Positions 13,197 through 22,553 of a stretch of 64,000 bases of DNA are shown one piece after another. A model generated the notes under the pieces. It was given only the letters and a program-made list of their open reading frames with translations, had not been told where the DNA came from and searched no databases. The DNA is from an uncultured bacterium (GTDB taxonomy: Bacteria; Bacteroidota; Ignavibacteria; OLB7). A program made the translations under genes and the position numbers. The stretch covers positions 129,010-193,009 of the forward strand of contig CBINGZ010000001.1 of assembly GCA_966250335.1 (NCBI GenBank), written 5' to 3'. The number at the start of each line of letters is the position of its first letter. Position 1 is the stretch's first letter.

Positions 13197-13685
13197 ATGT
13201 TGATCTACACCATCGGCCACTCCACGCGTACGCAGGATCAGTTGACTGCGCTGCTTCGCCTCTACGATATCCGAACACTGGTCGACATTCGTCGGGTTCC
13301 ATACTCGAGGCACAACCCCCAATTCAACCGCGAGGAGATGATGCGGACGATGCCGGAGGCGGGAATCCGCTACGAGCACCTGACCGAACTGGGAGGCGTC
13401 AAACCTTCCCAGGAGGTGATCGACCGCGCCCGCTCCTGCAGCGAACGCTCCCGCGGCTTCGCCGGATACATGCAGACCGAGACGTTCAAACAGGGCCTGC
13501 AGAGGGCGATCGACATGGCCCGTAACGAACAGATCGCCCTCATGTGCGCCGAGGCCGACCCATCGCACTGCCACCGGTTCTGGGTGGCCGATGCCCTGGC
13601 GGTGATTCCGGGTATCACGGTACAGCATATCGTGGCCGAGGGGGATGTACGGGAGCATCCGGCGAATTTGTTTACGTATCAGTGA
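13197..13685 (+). CDS. DUF488 family protein
   Basis: MLIYTIGHSTR...LVDIRRVPYSRHNPQF...GIRYEHLTELGG matches DUF488 consensus by memory; GGAGGAGG RBS 7 nt upstream of this ATG. Confidence 0.65.
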   Translation: MLIYTIGHSTRTQDQLTALLRLYDIRTLVDIRRVPYSRHNPQFNREEMMRTMPEAGIRYEHLTELGGVKPSQEVIDRARSCSERSRGFAGYMQTETFKQGLQRAIDMARNEQIALMCAEADPSHCHRFWVADALAVIPGITVQHIVAEGDVREHPANLFTYQ

Positions 13686-13838
13686 GGGGATGAGGGACAG
13701 GAAGGTGAGGGCGATTCCGTATCTTTTGCCGGGTTTGAGTGATGCAAGCTCGTCGTACCCTGCCTCAGCATCAACCAAAACTGCTAACTGTGTTTGAAGG
13801 GCATGTTGCCAGCCGCCTATCGATAGACTGGTATCTTC

Positions 13839-15134
13839 ATGAAGATCGTCAAGTTATCTGTAGACAACTATAAGTCGCTTAAGGGTTTTGAGATGAGCCC
13901 GGAGCAGCTTAGTGTGTTAGTAGGAGCAAATGCATCGGGGAAGAGCAACTTTGCGGATTGTCTCCATTTCCTATCAGAGGCATACCGATTAGGACTTGAG
14001 ATCGCAGTTGCTCGGAAGGGAGGGTATGACAACATTGTTTTTCGCGCGCACGGCAAACAAAAGGAACCAATACATATCGCTGTTACTGTCGAACTGGACC
14101 ATAGTGATACCGATTACTTCTCAGACCTTTGGGATAATTTCGCTGGAGTTCGTGTAGAACACAGTTTCTCCTTCGCGGCCTCAAAACAACTGATTCAATC
14201 CTCGATTCACATCCTAGATGAGGTGCTTACCATCAGCATTTCCGAGGCGGAAACGAAAGAAGAATTTCAGCACCTTGCAAGCATTGTGAGAAAAGGATCC
14301 GATATCCGAGTTGATATCTCAAACATTGCTCGGAGGAGCAAATTCCTTTCCGAACTTGAAATCCTAACGTACGTCTTTAAAGATTCCAGAGAAGTTCCAC
14401 GAACCGAACTACTCACCACTTATACTCGCAGTCTTCATCCTTTCATTTCTATATATGTCAGCACAATCTACCGTATCGGTGTATTCCAGCTCAACCCAAT
14501 GAGAACTCGGGAATCCGGTGTCACGGGGCCGGAATTGGAACTGGATCGCCATGGTGAGAACCTGCCAGCCGTTGTCAAAGGTCTCCAGGATCACTATCAT
14601 GAAGAATGGGAAGCGATAGAAGATGCTATGCGAGTGATTTTACCGGATCTTATGAATATCCATGTCGTTCAAGGCTCTCGAGGGGCGTTGGAATTATATT
14701 TTCAGGAATTTGGCTTTACACGTCCGTGGAACATCACTGAAGTTTCCGACGGAACAGTCCAGGCACTTGCGCTGTTGACCGCAGTCTACAGCCCGGTTTC
14801 TTCACCGCTTGTCATTGAAGAGCCTGAGAATTCCGTTCACCCGTGGATTGTGCGCAAAATCCTGGAGGCCTGCCGCGAGGCATCCCGTTACAAACAGATT
14901 GTCGTAACGACACATTCGCCTATTGTCATGAACCAGGCCCGCCCCGACGAGATCTGGGTGATATGGCGGGCGGAAGGTTTCTCACGGATCTCGCGCCTTG
15001 TGAGCCTCGATTCTGATTTTCTGAAGGGTTGGCAAGAAGGTGATTTCTCCGCATTCGATTTTATTGACAGCGGCATTGTTCGTGAGACCGTGCCACCATT
15101 TCCCTCGAATAAAAAATTATCGGAGGAAGAATGA
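13839..15134 (+). CDS. ABC-type/AAA_21-like ATPase (OLD/SMC-like) of a two-gene island
   Basis: Walker A GANASGKSN; Q/signature-like EVSDGTVQALALL; Walker B LVIEEPE; H-loop TTHSP; gene sits in ~45% GC island. Confidence 0.8.
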   Translation: MKIVKLSVDNYKSLKGFEMSPEQLSVLVGANASGKSNFADCLHFLSEAYRLGLEIAVARKGGYDNIVFRAHGKQKEPIHIAVTVELDHSDTDYFSDLWDNFAGVRVEHSFSFAASKQLIQSSIHILDEVLTISISEAETKEEFQHLASIVRKGSDIRVDISNIARRSKFLSELEILTYVFKDSREVPRTELLTTYTRSLHPFISIYVSTIYRIGVFQLNPMRTRESGVTGPELELDRHGENLPAVVKGLQDHYHEEWEAIEDAMRVILPDLMNIHVVQGSRGALELYFQEFGFTRPWNITEVSDGTVQALALLTAVYSPVSSPLVIEEPENSVHPWIVRKILEACREASRYKQIVVTTHSPIVMNQARPDEIWVIWRAEGFSRISRLVSLDSDFLKGWQEGDFSAFDFIDSGIVRETVPPFPSNKKLSEEE

Positions 15135-15751
15135 AAATCGGAATCATCGTTGATGGTGATGGGGAATTTCTATCTCTATCGAAATTGATTGATAAATTAG
15201 CAATCACCAACAAGGTTCTAGCCCCGATTAAAGCAGACATTCAGCCTAACGCCTCATTTCATCATATTGCGATGAAAACTGCCGTCGGCATCACCATTCT
15301 TCTAAGGAAGGAGGTCAATAGAATTATTGTTCTTATCGATCGTGAGCAAAGGCCAGAATGTCCAGGTGAGATTGCTGAAAAGATTCAAAAGAGAATCCAA
15401 GATAGCCATCTTAAGCATGGGAGCGTTGAGATTTTCGTCGTCCTTAAGGATCGGATGTTTGAGAACTGGCTGATAGCCGACCCTCATGCCTTCTCGAAGA
15501 TGCCCGCACGCTTCGAGCTTGAAGCAGGGTTAACGCGAGGGATTATCGGGAGAGCTGATAATCTTGATGCATTAACAATCTTAAAAAAGGCCGTGGTAAA
15601 AACGAAGTACAGCAAAACGCAGGACCCACCCAGAATACTATCCGTTGTTGACCCTCTAGAAATGGCCCGCAACTCGCGATCGTTCCGCCGATTTCTCCGA
15701 ATGCTCGACCATCCCGACTATCGCACCCGAAGCAAGACCGCAGCACCCTAA
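15131..15751 (+). CDS. DUF4276-like small protein (possible Toprim-like nuclease partner of the ATPase)
   Basis: 206 aa; start overlaps ATPase stop (ATGA); acidic motifs IIVDGDGE, IIVLIDRE, VLKDRMFENWLIADP; size and context match DUF4276 proteins that accompany AAA_21 ATPases (recalled, not searched). Confidence 0.5.
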   Translation: MKIGIIVDGDGEFLSLSKLIDKLAITNKVLAPIKADIQPNASFHHIAMKTAVGITILLRKEVNRIIVLIDREQRPECPGEIAEKIQKRIQDSHLKHGSVEIFVVLKDRMFENWLIADPHAFSKMPARFELEAGLTRGIIGRADNLDALTILKKAVVKTKYSKTQDPPRILSVVDPLEMARNSRSFRRFLRMLDHPDYRTRSKTAAP

Positions 15752-15768
15752 TGCTAGATACCCCTCTG

Positions 15769-16746
15769 CTACAGCCCCACCTTCGCCCCCGCACGCTCCA
15801 GCATATCCAACGCCTTCACATCCGTCGCCTGACGCGCCACCCATTCGTAGCCGCCGGCCAGTAATGCGTCATACTCCCCATCGCTCAGCCTGTCGATCCG
15901 GTTCAGCAGCTCATCGGCGCTGTTGTATGAGATGCAGTTGCCGGGACCGAGATCGTACGGGGGGCTGAGCGGAGGCCGCCTGTCGAGATCGCGGAAGCAG
16001 ATCACGGCGCCGTTGGCGGCTATTTCGTAGTGGCGCAGGCAGTCCCAGCCGCCGCGCCGCGCGGTGACCCCGAAACGGGAGGCGCGGAGATCGGCGTAGT
16101 AGCCGGCCTCCTCGGTGAACATGTAGGTCGTCGATCGCTCCCCCTGTACCCTGGGATGCGCCAGCAGCTCGGAGTCGACGATGTGCGAAGGGAAGGTCTG
16201 CCGTTTGTCGGCGCGGGTCACGCCGGGCGTAATCTTCTCCTTCGGGATCGCAAACGATATCGGCAGCACGTTGGCGTGCCGCGAACGCCGGTTGTAGTAG
16301 AAGGGAGGAATCAGCTTGTAGTTGTAGTAATATGACGCCTTGGGATGCAGCTCCCGCTTGAAATAGACGAAGTCGCGCGCAGCCAGCGGCAATTTGATGA
16401 AATCCTCACCGTCCAGAATGATCGTCTTCCGATAATCAAGACCCCCCCGATAGTAGCGGAAGAAGGGAAGCGTTCTGTAGTACGACCCGAAAATCACCCG
16501 GTCGTACCAGCCGCTCCGCAGCCGGTGCTCGATGTCGGTCCGGTCCACCGGAATATCGTCCAGCGTGCGCCAGAGGGTGAAGAGGTTGCCGTAAAGCTCC
16601 GTGGCGGGGCGCGCGGAGAACTCCCTGTACATCACATCCTTTTTCGGATAGTCGATGCAGTCGGCGCCGAAAAGGGAGCGGAGGCCGTGCAGATAGGCGT
16701 CCTCGAGGTTGTCGGGACCGGGGGATGTGAAGAAGAGGATCTTCAT
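15769..16746 (-). CDS. Hypothetical protein, possibly CgeB/glycosyltransferase-like
   Basis: Long clean ORF, normal GC; weak resemblance of C-terminal region (NSADELLNRIDRLSDGEYDALLAGGYEWV) to glycosyltransferase/CgeB-type proteins. Confidence 0.35.
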   Translation of the reverse strand: MKILFFTSPGPDNLEDAYLHGLRSLFGADCIDYPKKDVMYREFSARPATELYGNLFTLWRTLDDIPVDRTDIEHRLRSGWYDRVIFGSYYRTLPFFRYYRGGLDYRKTIILDGEDFIKLPLAARDFVYFKRELHPKASYYYNYKLIPPFYYNRRSRHANVLPISFAIPKEKITPGVTRADKRQTFPSHIVDSELLAHPRVQGERSTTYMFTEEAGYYADLRASRFGVTARRGGWDCLRHYEIAANGAVICFRDLDRRPPLSPPYDLGPGNCISYNSADELLNRIDRLSDGEYDALLAGGYEWVARQATDVKALDMLERAGAKVGL

Positions 16747-16786
16747 GGATCGAATACGGAATCGTCGTTGAGGAGAGAGATGCCCG

Positions 16787-18190
16787 TCACGCCTTCAGCA
16801 GCGTATATCCCTCCGACCTCGACACGTACGTCGCCGCGGTGATATCGCCGGCCACGTTCAGCGTGGTGCGGCACATATCCAGAATCCTGTCCACGCCGAG
16901 AATGATGGCGATCAGCGAGGGATCGACCCCGACCGTCGCCAGCACGCCGATGATGAAGGGGATCGAGCCCGAAGGAACCCCGGCCGTGCCGATCCCCCCG
17001 AGAATCGCCAGGTAGACCACCGTCAACTGCTCCACGAACGAAAGCTCCACCCCGGCAAGCTGCGCCAGAAAGAGGACGGTGACCCCTTCGTAGAGCGCCG
17101 TCCCGTTCTGGTTGGCGGTCGCCCCGACCGTCAGCACGAAGCTGGTGATCTCCGGAGGGGTCCCGAGGTTTTCCTCGGTGACCCTGATCGCGGTCGGAAG
17201 CGTGGCGTTGGAGGAGGAGGTGGAGAACGCCGTGAGAATCACCGTCTTGATCCGCCGGAAGAACTCGATCGGCGAGATATGGGAGAGGAGTTTCACGGAG
17301 AGGGAGTAGACCCCGAACATATGGAGCCCCAGCCCCAGCAGAACCGTGAGCACGAACCACCCCAGCGCCATCAGCAGGTCCACGCCGAACCGTGCGACGT
17401 TCGTGAAGAGAAGCGCGGCCACGGCGTACGGAGCGAATTTCATGATCATATCCACGATCTTCGCCGATACCTCGTACAATCCCTCCATCGTCCTGTGGAA
17501 CGGCTCGGTCAGCCGCGCCGGAGCGAGCGCCACGGCCACGCCGATGATCAGCGCGAAGAACATCAGATGGAGCATGTTCGGCGGATCGGCGGTCATGGAG
17601 GCGATCGGATTGGTCGGAACGATCGTCTTCACGGCGATCATCAGGGGGGAGTCGGTGACGGCCGCGTCCTTCGTGGCGCTCTCCACCCGTTTGGTGGCGT
17701 CGCCGCCGAACTTCTCCCGCATCAGCGTCGCGACCTCCGGATCGACCCGTGTGCCGGGGGCGATGGTGTTGGCAAGCCCCAGACCGATCACCACCGAGAT
17801 CGCCGAGATCAACAGCGTATAGATGAACGACTTCGCGGCCACCCGCCCCAGCTTCCCGATATCTCCGATCCCCGCCACCCCCACCACGAGCGATGAGAAG
17901 ACGAGCGGAATCACCACCATGAGGAGCATCCGCATGAAGAGGGTACCGACCGGACCGGTGATGTGGTAGATGATCCACTCGATCGTCGGATGCTCATCCC
18001 CCAGAATCCAGTTGACCAGAAGCCCGGCGACCGTCCCCACGGCCAGGCCGATCAGGATCCGGTTGTGAAGCGGCATCCGCTTCCTGCCGCCCGGGGCCGA
18101 GTCCGGCGTGGCGTCGTCGAGATCGGTCGCAAGCTCCCGCTCGTAATCGTCGGGATGGGGAACGTTGGGAACTAAACTGTTGTCTGCCAT
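16787..18190 (-). CDS. Dicarboxylate/amino acid:cation symporter (DAACS/GltP family)
   Basis: Multiple TM segments, conserved NATLPT and AxxNxNGTALYEG and IGTAGVPSGS motifs; start uncertain (alternatives at 18235 or 18076). Confidence 0.8.
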   Translation of the reverse strand: MADNSLVPNVPHPDDYERELATDLDDATPDSAPGGRKRMPLHNRILIGLAVGTVAGLLVNWILGDEHPTIEWIIYHITGPVGTLFMRMLLMVVIPLVFSSLVVGVAGIGDIGKLGRVAAKSFIYTLLISAISVVIGLGLANTIAPGTRVDPEVATLMREKFGGDATKRVESATKDAAVTDSPLMIAVKTIVPTNPIASMTADPPNMLHLMFFALIIGVAVALAPARLTEPFHRTMEGLYEVSAKIVDMIMKFAPYAVAALLFTNVARFGVDLLMALGWFVLTVLLGLGLHMFGVYSLSVKLLSHISPIEFFRRIKTVILTAFSTSSSNATLPTAIRVTEENLGTPPEITSFVLTVGATANQNGTALYEGVTVLFLAQLAGVELSFVEQLTVVYLAILGGIGTAGVPSGSIPFIIGVLATVGVDPSLIAIILGVDRILDMCRTTLNVAGDITAATYVSRSEGYTLLKA

Positions 18191-18257
18191 CGCCTCTGCC
18201 CGGCTCCTGATGTGTGAATGGACGCGCGCCTCCACCGGAGGCCGCGGAACAACGTCG

Positions 18258-19178
18258 CTACGGAGAGCGTCTCATCTCCCCATCCTCCCCGGGCTCCCAG
18301 GGGTTGCCGAACGTCTCCTCGAAGCAGTAGCTTCCGATCTCCTTCCGCTGCGTGCTGGACCAGTCGATCGTGGGACGTTTCGCATCGGGATCTACATACC
18401 CCAGCCGGAAGAGCGCGATCATCTCGAACTCCTCCGGCGGATTCACCATTCTCACGCACTCCTCCCAGTAGTCCCCCCCCGCCTCCATCGGCAGCGAGAT
18501 GAACTGCACGCCGACGCCGAGGGAGTTCGCCGTCAGCCAGATATTCTCGATCGCCATGCCGAGCGCCAGCATCGAGTAGATCGCGGAGAGTTCCCCTTTA
18601 CGATATTCCTCCTTCGTCAGCAGGACGGCGAGCACCAGGGGAGATGTCGAGATCAGCTTGCGCGAATCTATCGCCAGGATGTAGGGGACGCGGAGCCTGT
18701 TCATCACCTCCGCTCCCTTCTCGGAGAAGATCGCGCGGATGAAGGGACGCAGCACCGCCGGCATCGTGTCGATATGGATGCCGTCCCCCGCCCTGCCGGT
18801 CTCCTCGGCGCTGAACCGGAAGTAGCGGAGGTACCGCTTCCAGAAATGCCCCTTCCCCATCACCTCCACCATTGCTCTCCCTGCGATCTTTCCCAGTTCC
18901 TTCCGGCGCCCCGGATCGCGTATGAGCACGAAGCGCCACGGCTGGGAGTTGAAATGGCTCGGGGCGTGACGGGCGGCTTCCATGATCGTCCGGATATGCT
19001 CCTCGGAGATCGGCCTGTCGGCGAAACGTGAGTTGGTGGTCCGGCGGTTGCGAATTGCTTCGAGTAATTCCACGTCGTCTGTTGAGTTGTTGCCCGGAAG
19101 GAAGGCCCCGGGATGACGGCAGGGGAGCAGGTCGAACGATCGGAGCGCGCACGGAAACGGAATCGCTCCGGGACTCAC
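18258..19178 (-). CDS. Nitroreductase family protein
   Basis: Hallmark HAPSHFNSQPWRFVLIRD; C-terminal FRLGYVDP. Confidence 0.75.
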   Translation of the reverse strand: MSPGAIPFPCALRSFDLLPCRHPGAFLPGNNSTDDVELLEAIRNRRTTNSRFADRPISEEHIRTIMEAARHAPSHFNSQPWRFVLIRDPGRRKELGKIAGRAMVEVMGKGHFWKRYLRYFRFSAEETGRAGDGIHIDTMPAVLRPFIRAIFSEKGAEVMNRLRVPYILAIDSRKLISTSPLVLAVLLTKEEYRKGELSAIYSMLALGMAIENIWLTANSLGVGVQFISLPMEAGGDYWEECVRMVNPPEEFEMIALFRLGYVDPDAKRPTIDWSSTQRKEIGSYCFEETFGNPWEPGEDGEMRRSP

Positions 19179-19471
19179 AACATGACGACGACCGTGTAGA
19201 GAGCCAGACAGAACGACGCCCAGAGCGCATGTCCCCGGCCCCTTCCCCGGAATTTCGGCATCACCAGCAGCAGGGAGATCATACCGGCCGGAGCCCAGAA
19301 CCTCCCCCCCTGGACCGCCGTCACGATCACGGTCGCCGCAAGGCTGACGATCACCAGCAGATAGATCGCATGATGCACAAAACGGAACCGCGCGCTGTCG
19401 ATCAGTCCCGCACGAACCGAAAGCCCGAACGCGAAGTTAACCAGGAAGATGGAGTACGCGGTCACGAGCAT
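19175..19471 (-). CDS. Small integral membrane protein (3 TM), stop overlaps nitroreductase start (ATGA)
   Basis: Hydrophobic helices; translational-coupling overlap. Confidence 0.4.
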   Translation of the reverse strand: MLVTAYSIFLVNFAFGLSVRAGLIDSARFRFVHHAIYLLVIVSLAATVIVTAVQGGRFWAPAGMISLLLVMPKFRGRGRGHALWASFCLALYTVVVML

Positions 19472-19606
19472 GGCCGCCGAATATAACCGCGCGAAGAGGA
19501 GACCACCAACGCCGCCGCGCTCACTTCGTTACGTTCCGCGAATTACCTTTGGGAAAGCGACGGAATCATTCCGTGTGGAAACAGATTCTCCATTTCATCC
19601 GGAGCG

Positions 19607-19852
19607 ATGATGAACGGACGAAACCTTCTGAAAGGGATGGGAACACTCGGAGCGGCCGGCGCCGGCGCGATACTGCTGCCGGGAGGAACCGCGATCGCCG
19701 GAACGACCGGAACGCGTGCCGCTGCCACCGACTGCATCCTGATCCCGCAGGAGACCGAGGGACCGTACGGACTTGACCTCAGCGGAAACGCGACCATGTT
19801 CAGAAATGAGCTCGGGGTCTTCAGGCAGACGAAGGTGATGACGGCCGAATGA
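19607..19852 (+). pseudogene. Truncated Tat-signal intradiol-dioxygenase-like N-terminal fragment (81 codons)
   Basis: Tat-like RNLLKGMGTLGAAGAGAIL followed by ILIPQETEGPYGLD typical of intradiol ring-cleavage dioxygenase N-termini; stops after 81 aa with no catalytic domain. Confidence 0.35.
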
Positions 19853-19893
19853 TCGACGGCCTCAGAGAGTGATGATCGAGGGGAGACGCGGGA

Positions 19894-20562
19894 TCATCTG
19901 TGTCTCCCTACCCCCACCTGTCTGCACATGTCGAGCACGGGACAGGTGGAACAGCGGGGGAGGGCGCCGGTGCAGATATGCTTGCCGAACGGCACCAGCA
20001 GTCGATTGATCTCCACACGATATTCCATGGGGAGCTTCTCCTCCAGCGCAAGCATCGTCCTCTCCGGCGAGGCAGCGTGGACATATCCCCAGCGGTTGGT
20101 GACCCGGTGGACATGGATATCGACCCCGATGACCGACTCCCCGCAGGCGACCCCGAGCACCAGATTGGCGCATTTGGGTCCGACGCCCCGGAACGACATG
20201 AGCGTCGCCGCATCGCACGGGATCTCACCCCCATACTCCTCGACGGCCCGCCGCGCGATCTCCGCGATCTGCCCCGCCTTGGCCTCGTAGAAGGTCGAAG
20301 GGCGAATCATCGCCGCTATCTCCTCGACGGAGAGTCCCATCATCTCCTTCGGCGTCCGCGCCAGCTTGAAGAGACGGCGCGCGATCACCACCATCTCCTC
20401 ATCCCTGGTGCGGATCGAAATGATGCAGGCCATGAGCTGCTCGAACGGCGAGGTGTAGCCCTCGTCGGCGAGCTCGAACATCGCGGCCTTCGGAAACGGC
20501 TCCACGGCAACGCGTATCCGTTTCATCGCCTCGTGTATGTCGAACGGCTTCTTCGGTGTCAT
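19894..20562 (-). CDS. nth: Endonuclease III (DNA glycosylase/AP lyase)
   Basis: HhH-GPD region LMSFRGVGPKCANLVL; [4Fe-4S] CTGALPRCSTCPVLDMC. Confidence 0.9.
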   Translation of the reverse strand: MTPKKPFDIHEAMKRIRVAVEPFPKAAMFELADEGYTSPFEQLMACIISIRTRDEEMVVIARRLFKLARTPKEMMGLSVEEIAAMIRPSTFYEAKAGQIAEIARRAVEEYGGEIPCDAATLMSFRGVGPKCANLVLGVACGESVIGVDIHVHRVTNRWGYVHAASPERTMLALEEKLPMEYRVEINRLLVPFGKHICTGALPRCSTCPVLDMCRQVGVGRHR

Positions 20563-21701
20563 GAATATCGGGAAACGTCATTCGCTTCAACCGCATCGTC
20601 CGGCGATTGATTCCGTGCCCCCTGCTCCTCCCAGCGGAGGAGGAGGAGTTCGGCGGCGAACCCGGGCCCCAGCGCGCAGAGAATTCCATGCTCGGTCCCG
20701 TTCCGTTGCCGGTCGAGTTCCGCCATGAAGCGTTCCAGCACGAAAAGGACCGAACAGGCGGAGATGTTGCCGCAGTCGCGGAGCGTATCGCGCGTGTGGC
20801 GGAGCGCCCGGTCGTCCAGCCCCAGCGACTCGCGGTATGCCTGGATCACCTTGGCTCCGCCGGGATGCGCCACATAGTGATCGATCCTGTCGGAGGGGAT
20901 GCCGGTCTCCGCCAGGAAGGTATCGATCGACTCCCGCATGAACGTTCTGACGATCGTCGGAATATCGCGCGACATGACGATCTTGAACCCGGCGTCGGTG
21001 ATCTCCCATCCCATCACATCGAGCGAATCCTCCATCGTCGTCGTGCGCGACGCGATCAGTCGGGGCGATCCGGGAGCGACATCGGCCCCCGCCTCGTCGC
21101 CGCAGACGACCACCGCCGCCGCTCCGTCGCCGAAGAGGGAGCTGGCGATAAGCGCCGCCTTGGAGAGATCGTTCCGCATGAAGGTGAGCCCGCACAGCTC
21201 CACCACCACGACCAGGATCACGGCGTCGGGCAATGCGCGGGCGATATCCATGGCACGTGAGAGGGAGGATGCCCCTCCGGCGCAGCCGAGCCCCCAGATC
21301 GGAAGCCGCTTGATGTCGTTCCTGAAGGGGAGATCCCGGATCAGCCGGGCGTCGATGCTCGGGGTGGCGACTCCGGTGGTGGAGACGAAGAGGATGTAGT
21401 CGATATCGCCGTGGGTCATCCCGGCGCGGTCGAGCGCCGTCGCGATCGCCTCTTTGGAGAGTTCGAGCGCGTTCCGGATGTAGAGGTCGTTCTTTTCCCT
21501 GAACCCCCTGCCGGTTCTGAACCAGTCGAGCGGGACACAGAAATGGCGTCGTTCGATCTCCGAGTTGTCGTAGATCCCCATCAGTCGGTCGATATCGCCG
21601 TGGAAGGCGTCGCCGAAGATATCGTGGGCAAACCCCTTCACGTCGCTCTGTTCCAGGATGTGCGGAGGGAGAGCTGTGCCGACCGAAATGATTGCTGGCA
21701 T
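20559..21701 (-). CDS. Type III polyketide synthase (chalcone/stilbene synthase family)
   Basis: Active-site WGLGCAGGASSL, HPGGAKV, GNISACSVLFVL; stop overlaps nth start. Confidence 0.85.
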   Translation of the reverse strand: MPAIISVGTALPPHILEQSDVKGFAHDIFGDAFHGDIDRLMGIYDNSEIERRHFCVPLDWFRTGRGFREKNDLYIRNALELSKEAIATALDRAGMTHGDIDYILFVSTTGVATPSIDARLIRDLPFRNDIKRLPIWGLGCAGGASSLSRAMDIARALPDAVILVVVVELCGLTFMRNDLSKAALIASSLFGDGAAAVVVCGDEAGADVAPGSPRLIASRTTTMEDSLDVMGWEITDAGFKIVMSRDIPTIVRTFMRESIDTFLAETGIPSDRIDHYVAHPGGAKVIQAYRESLGLDDRALRHTRDTLRDCGNISACSVLFVLERFMAELDRQRNGTEHGILCALGPGFAAELLLLRWEEQGARNQSPDDAVEANDVSRYS

Positions 21702-21848
21702 AAGGAACGGTTCTCGACGAATGGAATGTCCGGGTTCGGTCTCCCCAATCGCCGGCTGCGGGGGAAAGTTCCCCGGGAAGCGAGGAGGGAGAAGTTGCTC
21801 GACCTACGATCTTTTCCTGCTTGCGGTTCTCTTCCCCTATTTTGCGGC

Positions 21849-22442
21849 ATGCACACAGTTCGATTCCTGGAAGTGAGCGATACGCAGCAGGTTCTCCGCT
21901 ATCACCGGAGGAATCACGATTTCCATCGTGACTGGTCGCCGATCCCCCCCCCCGCGTTCTTTACGGTCGACTTCCATCGCGCGCAGCTGGAGCGCACGGT
22001 GGAGTTGCGGGAACGGGAGGAGGAGTTCCGTTTCGGAATCTTCGCACAGGAGGATTCCGAGGAACTTCTGGTCGGCAGGATCAATCTGGTGGCGATAGAA
22101 CGGAACGCGTTTCAGAACGGACGTCTCGGCTACTCCATCGACGCCCGCCACCGGCACCGGGGATTGATGACCCGGATGCTGAAGAGCGTGATCGGGTTCG
22201 CCTTCGACTACGCCCGGCTTCATCGGGTCGAGGCGAACATCATGCCCAGAAATATCGCATCGAAACGTGTGCTTGAGAAATGCGGGTTCACGAAGATCGG
22301 GTTTTCGCCGCAGATGCTCTTCATCAACGGCAAATGGGAGGATCACGACATGTACATGCTCCTGGTCGACAACTTCCGGTATCAGCGCCAGATCGGCATG
22401 GACGCCGACCTGCAGGCGTTCGTGCCGCTGATCGGGAGGTAG
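21849..22442 (+). CDS. GNAT acetyltransferase (RimJ/RimL-like)
   Basis: NGRLGYSIDARHRHRGLMTRMLK, HRVEANIMPRNIASKRVLEKCGF; upstream part of ORF (from 21411) overlaps PKS and is rejected. Confidence 0.7.
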   Translation: MHTVRFLEVSDTQQVLRYHRRNHDFHRDWSPIPPPAFFTVDFHRAQLERTVELREREEEFRFGIFAQEDSEELLVGRINLVAIERNAFQNGRLGYSIDARHRHRGLMTRMLKSVIGFAFDYARLHRVEANIMPRNIASKRVLEKCGFTKIGFSPQMLFINGKWEDHDMYMLLVDNFRYQRQIGMDADLQAFVPLIGR

Positions 22443-22553
22443 CACACGCCGCCGTTATGCAGTGATATCCCGCTTCCGTAAGTTCGGTGAATCCGATTCC
22501 CGACCGCGGCCCACGACTCCATCCGTCGAAACATCTCCTCAGACTATCAATCT

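Noticed and set aside
13686-15768. Prophage or integrative element around the low-GC island
   Set aside because: Only two genes with no integrase, no tRNA and no att-like direct repeats were seen. It is called an island, not a prophage.
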